Below are positions 25,201 through 31,980 of a stretch of DNA of 32,000 nucleotides, one piece after another; within the stretch, counting starts at the first letter, position 1, and each line of letters begins with the position of its first letter. The notes beneath the pieces were generated by a model. The model was not told the origin of the DNA, searched no databases, and worked only from the letters and a program-made list of their open reading frames with translations. Origin of the DNA: Opitutales bacterium (lineage in GTDB: Bacteria > Verrucomicrobiota > Verrucomicrobiia > Opitutales > PNEW01); NCBI GenBank assembly GCA_965219535.1, contig CBDCNV010000002.1:690001-722000 (forward strand), written 5' to 3'. Made by a program: the position numbers and the translations under genes.

Positions 25201-26037
25201 ATGAGCACAGTATTAATTACAGGGGCCAGTGGCTTTATCGGTCGGGCGCTTGCACCCGCGATGGCTGCAAATCACAACGTGCTTTGCATGAGTCGAAAGA
25301 ATCCAGAGTTAGATCTCCCGTGGGTTCAAGGTGACTTCGGTTCTTTCGAAGATCTGCGAAAACTCGATGGACATACTATCGATGTGGTCATTCACCTCGC
25401 CGCGGTAACCGGCGGTTGCACCGAGCGCGAGGGAATGCTTGTCAATGTCGAGGGCTCGCGCTGCCTGATGCGCTACCTGATGGACACAGGTTGCCAAAAG
25501 TTTGTTTTAGCCAGTTCAATTGCGGCAGTCGGTTTTCAGAATAAGGCTTTTAGACCATTGCAACTTCCCATGCTGGACGAACACCCCTGCCTCGACCGCG
25601 ATGGCTATGGGTTTTCAAAATTTATGATGGAAGAAATTACCAAGTACCACCAGCGCCAGAATGAATCAATTGATGTGATTAACCTGCGCCTGTCTTCCGT
25701 TGGTAGAGATGACATAATGCCCGACCTCAAAAAGCCGGCCCCGCTGACCGCGTGGGCCCTCGGTGGTATCTCGTACATGGTGCGCAGCGATGCCATCCGC
25801 GCCTTCGCCACCGCGGCCGAAGCGCCGTACAAATCGGGAGTGCGCACGCTGAATGCTACAGCACCACGGGCCTGGGCTGCGGTACCGGTCGCCGAATTAC
25901 TGGAGAACTGGTGGGGGAGTGAAGTCGACTTGTCCCATTTTAAACAGCCCGGCCACGAGTACGATGCCGTCTATGACGTCAGCCGCATCGCAAGTGAGCT
26001 CAGCTTCGTAGCCGAAAAAACGGAGAGCATGCACTGA
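25201..26037 (+). CDS. NAD-dependent epimerase/dehydratase (extended SDR)
   Basis: 278 aa with VLITGASGFIGRAL and the YxxxK motif YGFSK. The 21-nt gap after the dehydrogenase gene suggests a two-gene operon. Confidence 0.8.
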   Translation: MSTVLITGASGFIGRALAPAMAANHNVLCMSRKNPELDLPWVQGDFGSFEDLRKLDGHTIDVVIHLAAVTGGCTEREGMLVNVEGSRCLMRYLMDTGCQKFVLASSIAAVGFQNKAFRPLQLPMLDEHPCLDRDGYGFSKFMMEEITKYHQRQNESIDVINLRLSSVGRDDIMPDLKKPAPLTAWALGGISYMVRSDAIRAFATAAEAPYKSGVRTLNATAPRAWAAVPVAELLENWWGSEVDLSHFKQPGHEYDAVYDVSRIASELSFVAEKTESMH

Positions 26038-26043
26038 CGCACG

Positions 26044-26099
26044 TGTTAGTTTTTAAGTTAATAAGGTTCACGGTTCACAGTTCAGGGTTCAGGGTTCAG
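26044..26099 (+). repeat. In-register heptamer array (TTAAGT-type changing to GGTTCAC/GGTTCAG)
   Basis: tgttagt ttttaag ttaataa ggttcac ggttcac agttcag ggttcag ggttcag, beginning 7 nt after the stop. Confidence 0.85.
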
Positions 26100-26139
26100 G
26101 GTGGAAGATGTCGAGCTACGCTCTCGGTACAGGGTTCAG
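26086..26139 (+). repeat. F-element copy 2
   Basis: 54 nt, identical to 23969-24022. Confidence 0.9.
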
Positions 26140-26205
26140 AAAACATCGAGGCGGTATTCGATTGTCAAATGATCTAATCAGATACTGCTATCATTATTCC
26201 AAATT

Positions 26206-26297
26206 AAAACCTAAATCATAAAACCTAACACGCGCGTCGGCGCTTCCCCGTTCTTCCTTTTTGACCTTTTGACTTTTTGACATTTTGACATTTTGAC
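26206..26297 (+). repeat. Pyrimidine-type arrays: (AAAACCT-like)x3, junction box ACGCGCGTCGGCGC, (NTTTTGAC)x5
   Basis: aaaacct aaatcat aaaacct, then aacacgcgcgtcggcgc, then tttttgac cttttgac tttttgac attttgac attttgac. Ends 3 nt before the stop at 26301-26303. Confidence 0.9.
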
Positions 26298-26300
26298 CCC

Positions 26301-27020
26301 CTATTTCGTCACCATCGGAGAATTCAGCGGGTTCAAAATATATTCACTTTCACTAGCCAGGTGGCCGATTTGATTATGGTGAAGAATGCGTGTGCGTTCG
26401 GGGGTTTGATGGATCTTACTGAATGCTGCATTATAGTGTGTGAATCGATCCGCGTCATCATTTGGCGGTAAACCGAGTAAAGTACTAATAAGAGTAGATC
26501 CAAAAGCGCCATGTGAAACCGCGGCTACTTTTTCATCGTCTACGGGGTGGTATCGATTCAGATGGGCAATGAAGCTAAGGGCATTTTCGTAGGCAACCTG
26601 AACCCAGTTGTTTCCATGTGATGGATCGGGATCGATACTTTCCCATTCGATGAAACACCAGCCATCGTCTGTTACGTCTTCCGGCAATACAACATTGGCA
26701 CAGACTTCGCGCATTTCCGATCGCTTCAACCCGGGCAATACCGCTTTCTCTTCAAAATATGGACCACCCCAAACTCCGCCCCACTCATGGAGCCCAACAT
26801 AAACGTGAGGATCAAGGTTGAGAAACTCGCCTATGATTGTGGCGGTTTGTAAAGTTCTCAACATCGGGCTGCAGTAGAGCCGTGTTATACCCAGCCCACT
26901 GAGCGCTTCACCCGTTCTCCCTGCCTGTTCCACTCCCAGGTCTGTCAACGGAGGTTCAGTACTGCGTTCATCTCCCCGGTTATTGGTCGATTGTCCATGA
27001 CGTATGAAATAAAATTCCAT
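26301..27020 (-). CDS. Histidine phosphatase family protein (phosphoglycerate mutase-like)
   Basis: 239 aa with the N-terminal catalytic RHG motif (MEFYFIRHGQSTNN), LTDLGVEQA and a later SHG. Confidence 0.8.
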   Translation of the reverse strand: MEFYFIRHGQSTNNRGDERSTEPPLTDLGVEQAGRTGEALSGLGITRLYCSPMLRTLQTATIIGEFLNLDPHVYVGLHEWGGVWGGPYFEEKAVLPGLKRSEMREVCANVVLPEDVTDDGWCFIEWESIDPDPSHGNNWVQVAYENALSFIAHLNRYHPVDDEKVAAVSHGAFGSTLISTLLGLPPNDDADRFTHYNAAFSKIHQTPERTRILHHNQIGHLASESEYILNPLNSPMVTK

Positions 27021-27057
27021 GATGAGTAAAGTATAAGTTAAGAGGGTACAGGTGAAT

Positions 27058-27106
27058 CAGTGAACAGTGAACAGTGAACAGTGAACAGTGAACAGTGAAC
27101 AGTGAA
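27058..27106 (+). repeat. Perfect heptamer array (CAGTGAA)x7
   Basis: 49 nt, 38 nt from the ATG (27018-27020) of the minus-strand phosphatase gene. Confidence 0.95.
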
Positions 27107-27272
27107 CAGCAGTCTGTGTCGAGACAACGGGATCTGAAGAGTCTAGCTGGATTATAGGAAGAATGGAAGTTTGGATGAATGGGGATTAACTAAATACTTA
27201 ACCTGAATGTAACCGAAAGAGCTTTCCAGCATTCCACTATTCCAACGATCCATGCATCCAGTATCTTCCCGC

Positions 27273-27293
27273 TGTCGACCTTCGACGCTCGAC
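27273..27293 (+). repeat. Heptamer array (NNTCGAC)x3
   Basis: tgtcgac cttcgac gctcgac, preceded by cttcccgc as at 18979-18986. Ends 7 nt before the stop at 27301-27303. Confidence 0.8.
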
Positions 27294-27300
27294 TCCCCCT

Positions 27301-28059
27301 CTAGTATAAACTCATGAGTCCTTCTGTCTCCGGCGGTGCCTTCGACTCGAATGCTTCGGTGATCCAACGGGCTTCGGATGGTCTGCCCGGATTTCTGTAG
27401 GCATAGACCACCGCCCATCGCGTGTCGCTGTCCGGCTTTCGGGGTGTAACGCCATGGGCTGCATGTGTCCACATCACGATCACCGTTCCGGCAGGAGCAT
27501 TCAACGGTATTATTTCCAGCGGTCTCCCTGTCGCGGGATGTTTTTTACCCGCCATCCAGCAGCTTAACAGTTCTTCATCGCTCTGTGCCCTAATTGATTT
27601 GTCAAGGTAGAGATGACTGCCGGGCACTACCTTCAGGCCGGCATCATCCGCCGTAAATCCATTGACATAGAAAAATATTCGAATGAACCCCAGATCGGGA
27701 TTGTCTTCTCCGTATTCATGGCTGTGCCAAGTATTCGCCGCGGCACCTCCCCGACGGTTGAGTGTCACGCAGTGGTCAAACCGGATATCTTCTCCAAGGA
27801 TGGACCTGGCCATCGCGAGAATTTGTGGATGTGCAATCAAGCTAGCGAGATAATCGTTATACTCTGCAGCGTACATATTCGGTTGAGGTTGATATTCATT
27901 TTCATCAAACAGCGTCTGAACACAGGTTAATGCATCGGTCAGTTTTTCACACGCCTGTGGCGTTAGTAAACCGGGTAGCATGAGTTGTCCATCGCGATCG
28001 AGGAGTGCTTTTTCTTCCGCGGTAATGGTATGCGGGTGGAAAATAGGATCGGGGGGCAT
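27301..28059 (-). CDS. PhyH-family oxygenase-like protein with non-canonical WHSHE metal motif
   Basis: 252 aa with VVPGSHLY and a distal WTHAAHGVTP as in PhyH proteins. WHSH occupies the position of WHxD. Confidence 0.7.
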   Translation of the reverse strand: MPPDPIFHPHTITAEEKALLDRDGQLMLPGLLTPQACEKLTDALTCVQTLFDENEYQPQPNMYAAEYNDYLASLIAHPQILAMARSILGEDIRFDHCVTLNRRGGAAANTWHSHEYGEDNPDLGFIRIFFYVNGFTADDAGLKVVPGSHLYLDKSIRAQSDEELLSCWMAGKKHPATGRPLEIIPLNAPAGTVIVMWTHAAHGVTPRKPDSDTRWAVVYAYRNPGRPSEARWITEAFESKAPPETEGLMSLY

Positions 28060-28084
28060 GCTTAGGGAAAGGGGTCGTGGATAT

Positions 28085-28133
28085 TAGTGAACAGTGGAAA
28101 CTCAGTAGCAGTTTTAGGTTTTTGATTTTAAGT
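28085..28133 (+). repeat. Degenerate in-register heptamers (TAGTGAA CAGTGGA ... TTTAGGT TTTTGAT TTTAAGT)
   Basis: Begins 26 nt from ATG 28059 (minus strand). The same module order is seen at 31770-31824. Confidence 0.7.
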
Positions 28134-28138
28134 AGTGA

Positions 28139-28283
28139 GGTGGAGCGGGCTGCCTGACGGCCATAGCTTAACACTGCACAGCGACGGCTGTTCCCTAGCA
28201 CGCTTCTTTTTTTATAACTTATAACAAACGCGGTAGGGAACAACCTTCGCCAAGGCTATGGCTGTCAGGCATCGCGTTCCACC
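28139..28283 (+). repeat. X-family element, long form (both hairpin loops carry inserts)
   Basis: Reads ggtggagcgggctg[cctgacggccatagcttaacactgcacagcgacggctgt]tccctagcacgcttc. Then an AT-rich spacer and aacgcggtaggga[acaaccttcgccaaggctatggctgtcaggcat]cgcgttccacc. Confidence 0.85.
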
Positions 28284-28373
28284 ATTTTTAAATTATAAAT
28301 CTATATTATCTTTCTTGTGCTTCTTACCTGCCGGCTATCTCTTCTTTTTCTTACCCTTTTCTGCAATCCTAAT

Positions 28374-29246
28374 TTATAATTCAACATTTAATATGGTGGG
28401 TCCATCACCCGCAAGCGTGGTGCGGTGCATGATGCGTTTGTGACTTTTGGTGTCCCAAGGTCGGCCCCGGTGAAGACAGTAGCGATTGTCCCACATTACC
28501 AGGTCGTTCACGCGCCAGTGGTGTCGATAAACATACTTTGGCTGCGTCGACCACTCCAGTAGATCCTTCAACAATGAGCGTCCCTTCTCGATCGGCCACC
28601 CTACGATGTGTGAGGCATATGAACCAACGAAAAGAATCTTTTCGCCAGTATCCACTATCGTGCGAACGACAAGCTGCTTTACCGGAGGAATCTCGTCTTG
28701 AAATTCTTTGGTTAGCAGATTGGGTGCGATCTGGGCTCGTGAGTAAGCCATACTGTGTTCAGCAATCAGGCCTTCCAGCTCGAACTTCTTTGCGTCCGAC
28801 AGGGCGGCATAAGCGGCACGCAGGTTGGCGTACTCGGTTTCGCCTCCTGAAGGTGGTAAGACCTTCGCCGAGAGCAACGATGCTCGCAAAGGAACTTGCC
28901 GAAAGGAGCCGTCGGAGTGCCAGAGCAAGTTACCGGCCTGATACAGTGTCCTCTTGTCTTCCGGCGCTATGATACGGCCGTTTTCGTCAACATTGGAGAT
29001 ATAAAACACCGGTCGACCGTGACCGAAGGGGTCATTTGCCAGGCTCGGTTCGATCGTACCGAAACCTTCGCTGAAAGCTACCTGTTGTTTGTCGGTGATA
29101 TCCTGATCGTGAAAGACGAGCACAGCGTATTTTTGGAATGCGTCTCGAAGTAGCTGGAAGTTTTCCTCATCGACACCCGCGGCGATATCAACACCCTCAA
29201 CTTCGGCTCCGATGTGTTCGCTCAGTTTTTTGATCGTGATGGCCAT
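28374..29246 (-). CDS. TauD/TfdA-family Fe(II)/2-oxoglutarate dioxygenase
   Basis: 290 aa from MAITIKKLSEHIGAEVEGVDI. Motifs WHSDGSF (HxD), GGETEYAN and VMWDNRYCLHRG. The track start at 29351 runs into the IS terminus, so it is not used. Confidence 0.85.
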   Translation of the reverse strand: MAITIKKLSEHIGAEVEGVDIAAGVDEENFQLLRDAFQKYAVLVFHDQDITDKQQVAFSEGFGTIEPSLANDPFGHGRPVFYISNVDENGRIIAPEDKRTLYQAGNLLWHSDGSFRQVPLRASLLSAKVLPPSGGETEYANLRAAYAALSDAKKFELEGLIAEHSMAYSRAQIAPNLLTKEFQDEIPPVKQLVVRTIVDTGEKILFVGSYASHIVGWPIEKGRSLLKDLLEWSTQPKYVYRHHWRVNDLVMWDNRYCLHRGRPWDTKSHKRIMHRTTLAGDGPTILNVEL

Positions 29247-29288
29247 ATCAATTGTCGATTTGGAAGATGTCGGACTTTGCCCTCTGTA

Positions 29289-29309
29289 CGATTTTCGATT
29301 GTCGATTAA
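29289..29309 (+). repeat. Heptamer array (CGATTNN)x3
   Basis: cgatttt cgattgt cgattaa. The complement type (AATCGNN) occurs at 31981-32000. Confidence 0.75.
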
Positions 29310-29338
29310 CCCTATCTTTCTTTCAACCACTGAACCGT

Positions 29339-30713
29339 GGTATAGGTTCAAGACATTCTTTACACAAAAGGTTCAGGACATCCTTTACAGATTGCCAAAG
29401 AAAGAAGGATGCTAAGTAAGGGGTATGATGTCATGGAAGGAAACAAATAAAATGGACCAAAGATACCAATTCGCCCTGGAATCGATGCAACCGGGAGTAA
29501 AGATGAACGAGCTGTGTGAAGACTACGGGATCAGCCGACCGACAGGGTATAAATGGAAGAAGCGCTTCCTGAGCGAAGGGATGGAGGGGTTGCACGAGCG
29601 CTCACGCCGACCGCATGGAAGTGTTCAGGAACTATCCGAATCAGTAGTATGTACGCTGATCAAACTCAAGCATCATCACCCGACGTGGGGCCCCTACAAG
29701 ATCCGCGAGCTTTACCAGAGGCGTTACGGGAAGGCCCCCTCAGACTCGAGCGTGAAACGGGTCTTGGAACGTGCGGGACTGGTGCAAAAGCGTCGGCGCA
29801 GAAGCGCTCAAAAAAGCGGACGCCTTTACCGCAGCGTCAAGGCCAGTGGCTGTAACGAAGTGTGGAGCGTAGACTTCAAAGGGTGGTGGCACACCGTTGA
29901 TGGCAACCGTTGTGAACCTTTGACGGTACGGGATGAATGGAGCCGCTATGTATTAGAGGTGCGGGTGCTCAGTTCAGCCCGTAGCGAAGCGGTGCGTGAA
30001 TGCTTCACAAAACTCTTTGAACGCTATGGACTTCCCGCTTGCATCCGCAGCGACAACGGCAGTCCCTTTGCCAGTGCCAATGCGGTCCTGGGCCTGAGCA
30101 AACTGGCGGCCTGGTGGCTGGCCTTAGGGATCAATCTCGAGCGTGGACGTCCGGGTAAACCCCAGGATAACGGTGCCCATGAGCGTCTCCATCGCGATAT
30201 CAAAGAGGAGTTGCAAAAACATGCCCAGGACGATCTTCGCACCCAACAGGTGGCCTTCGATCTGTGGCGCAAGACCTTCAATGAAGAACGCCCCCATGCG
30301 GCTCTTGCCATGAGCACGCCCTCTGAAATCTATCAGCACAGCTCTCATCCTTACGGTGGCACTCCTGCCGATATCAGCTATGATTTGATGACTCGCCGGG
30401 TCTCAAAAAGCGGGTCTATCAAACTCGATGGCTTCCAGATTCCTATCTCCACCGCCCTCGCCGGTTGGAGCGTTGGACTAAAACCACTAGACACGGTACA
30501 CTTCGATGTTTACTTTGCCACTCTCAGAATCGGTCAGATTGACCTTTCAACGGCTGCTTTCATTGGGGCCGCTTGCGGCCCCAACAATGCCAGCCAAACC
30601 TCTAAAACCGCATAACATTAACTTAACTATATAACCCGATTACCGTTCAGCATCCCTCACAAAGTGTAAACCATGTCTTGATCTAAATCTGTAAACCATG
30701 TCCTGGTTGTACC
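29339..30713 (+). mobile_element. IS481-family insertion sequence, complete copy 2 (1375 bp) with 4-bp CCGT target duplication
   Basis: Ends are GGTATAGGTTCAAGACATTCTTTACAC...CAGGACATCCTTTACAG and, at the other terminus in inverted form, GTGTAAACCATGTCTTG...CTGTAAACCATGTCCTGGTTGTACC. CCGT lies at 29335-29338 and again at 30714-30717. Confidence 0.85.
29425..30615 (+). CDS. DDE transposase (HTH + rve integrase core; IS481-like)
   Basis: 396 aa. HTH region ELCEDYGISRPTGYKWKKRF. DDE candidates VWSVDFKG, IRSDNGSPF and PQDNGAHERLHRDIK. Confidence 0.9.
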   Translation: MMSWKETNKMDQRYQFALESMQPGVKMNELCEDYGISRPTGYKWKKRFLSEGMEGLHERSRRPHGSVQELSESVVCTLIKLKHHHPTWGPYKIRELYQRRYGKAPSDSSVKRVLERAGLVQKRRRRSAQKSGRLYRSVKASGCNEVWSVDFKGWWHTVDGNRCEPLTVRDEWSRYVLEVRVLSSARSEAVRECFTKLFERYGLPACIRSDNGSPFASANAVLGLSKLAAWWLALGINLERGRPGKPQDNGAHERLHRDIKEELQKHAQDDLRTQQVAFDLWRKTFNEERPHAALAMSTPSEIYQHSSHPYGGTPADISYDLMTRRVSKSGSIKLDGFQIPISTALAGWSVGLKPLDTVHFDVYFATLRIGQIDLSTAAFIGAACGPNNASQTSKTA

Positions 30714-30769
30714 CCGTGAACCCAGAACCCTCTTACCTAACACTTAAAACTTAACACCTAACACGCGCG
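30714..30769 (+). repeat. In-register pyrimidine-type heptamers (NNGAACC changing to ACCTAAC/ACTTAAA) ending in junction box
   Basis: ccgtgaa cccagaa ccctctt acctaac acttaaa acttaac acctaac acgcgcg, running up to the stop (30776-30778) of the minus-strand PhyH gene. Confidence 0.8.
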
Positions 30770-30775
30770 GAGGCG

Positions 30776-31687
30776 TCATCGCGCTGCCGCGCGCTTCGGT
30801 TTATCCGGATCGGTATCGAAATATTGATGAGCTGCATCCTTCTGCGCTTCGTAGATCCCGATCGCGCCACTTGGCGGTGGCAGTGGGATTCGGACCGGTA
30901 CCTTTTCAAGGCGCGGCTCGATCGTCGGTTCACCGGCTACGATGCGCGCGTTGTAGGTCTCAAGATCGGGAATCAATGGTCCGGTGTAGGTACCGGACAG
31001 CGGCCATGCGTCAGCGGCGGCAAGCTCATAGTAGAGCACGCGTCGGGGCCGCTGAGATCGATTGAGATCCGATCCGTGTACCATGCGAGCGGAAAAGAGA
31101 ATCAGGGAACCGGCTGATGCGGTCAGCTTCACTGCTTTCGAAAAGTCCAGGCCACATGTCTTCGGATTCAGGGCACCGGTAAAGCGGCCCTTGTGATGGT
31201 GATCAAACACGGGTCCCTTGTGCGTGCCTGGTAATACCAGCAGCGCTCCGTTGTCTTCGACAATGTCATCGATCAATACCGCGCTGACCAGGACGTCATC
31301 ATTTGTGTGCGGGTAAAAGGCCCAGTCCTGGTGCCACTGGACGGGTGCACCGAAACCTGCCATTTTCATATTGATTTTGGCAAAATGCAGTCGGATGTTC
31401 GGTCCGATAAGGCGGCTGACTACGTCGACATATTGGGGTTTGCGAACGAAATCCCGAAAGACCGGGTGTTGGTCATCAGGTTTGATGATCCGCCGGATGC
31501 GGGGCCGTTCCGTAGTATGCGACTCCTCCAACTCAACCACACCGTCGCTTTGTGTCATGGAACTGCCGCGTTCCACGAACGTGGCAATCACCTTTTTGAG
31601 TTCGCCGATCTCATCCTGCGAGAACAAGCCTTCAACCACGAGATAGCCTTCGGATTTGTAGAAGCCGACCTGCTCATTACTAATCAT
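30776..31687 (-). CDS. PhyH-family Fe(II)/2-oxoglutarate dioxygenase
   Basis: 303 aa. N-terminus QVGFYKSEGYLVVEGLFSQDEI, then WHQDWAFYPH (HxD), LPGTHKG and a distal MVHGSDLNRS. Confidence 0.85.
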   Translation of the reverse strand: MISNEQVGFYKSEGYLVVEGLFSQDEIGELKKVIATFVERGSSMTQSDGVVELEESHTTERPRIRRIIKPDDQHPVFRDFVRKPQYVDVVSRLIGPNIRLHFAKINMKMAGFGAPVQWHQDWAFYPHTNDDVLVSAVLIDDIVEDNGALLVLPGTHKGPVFDHHHKGRFTGALNPKTCGLDFSKAVKLTASAGSLILFSARMVHGSDLNRSQRPRRVLYYELAAADAWPLSGTYTGPLIPDLETYNARIVAGEPTIEPRLEKVPVRIPLPPPSGAIGIYEAQKDAAHQYFDTDPDKPKRAAAR

Positions 31688-31769
31688 GAATCTATCTCCC
31701 TAGTGACCACTCGATAATGCTTAGAGTCTCAATCACCTGCGAAAGTGCAACATAAAAGGGGCTGAAAAT

Positions 31770-31790
31770 CAGTGAACAGTGAACAGTGGA
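31770..31790 (+). repeat. Heptamer array (CAGTGAA)x2 + CAGTGGA
   Basis: cagtgaa cagtgaa cagtgga, upstream (in the minus sense) of the PhyH gene. Confidence 0.85.
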
Positions 31791-31824
31791 AAAGCCGAGA
31801 TAAGTTATAGGTCTTGAGTAGTGA

Positions 31825-31930
31825 GGTGGAGCGGGCTGCCTGCTGGCCATAGCCTTGGCGAAGGTTGGTCCCTAGCACGCTTCTTATTTAATAACTTATA
31901 ACAAACGCGGTAGGGACACCGCGTTCCACC
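31825..31930 (+). repeat. X-family element, intermediate form (insert only in first hairpin)
   Basis: Reads ggtggagcgggctg[cctgctggccatagccttggcgaaggttgg]tccctagcacgcttc. Then ttatttaataacttataacaa and aacgcggtagggacaccgcgttccacc. Confidence 0.85.
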
Positions 31931-31980
31931 CTTTTTTGAATTATAAATAATTTTGTGTTTCTTGTGGCTAACTTTTCTTC

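Noticed and set aside
28139-28283. X-family elements as tRNA- or tmRNA-like genes, because several end in ...TCCACC(A).
   Set aside because: No T-arm (GTTCGAATC-like), D-arm or cloverleaf can be drawn, and the CCA is not conserved among copies. The architecture is two symmetric hairpins.
29247-29351. N-terminal extension of the TauD-like ORF to the track start at 29351.
   Set aside because: The extension runs through the CGATTNN array and 13 nt into the IS terminus. The internal MAITIKKLSEHIGAEVEGVDI matches the usual TauD/TfdA N-terminus, so the start is set at 29246.
1-30713. Composite transposon formed by the two inverted identical IS copies around 512-29338.
   Set aside because: Copy 2 is flanked on both of its own sides by the 4-bp duplication CCGT, and removing it restores an intact heptamer array. 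It therefore inserted on its own and not as the end of a composite unit. Inversion by homologous recombination remains possible.
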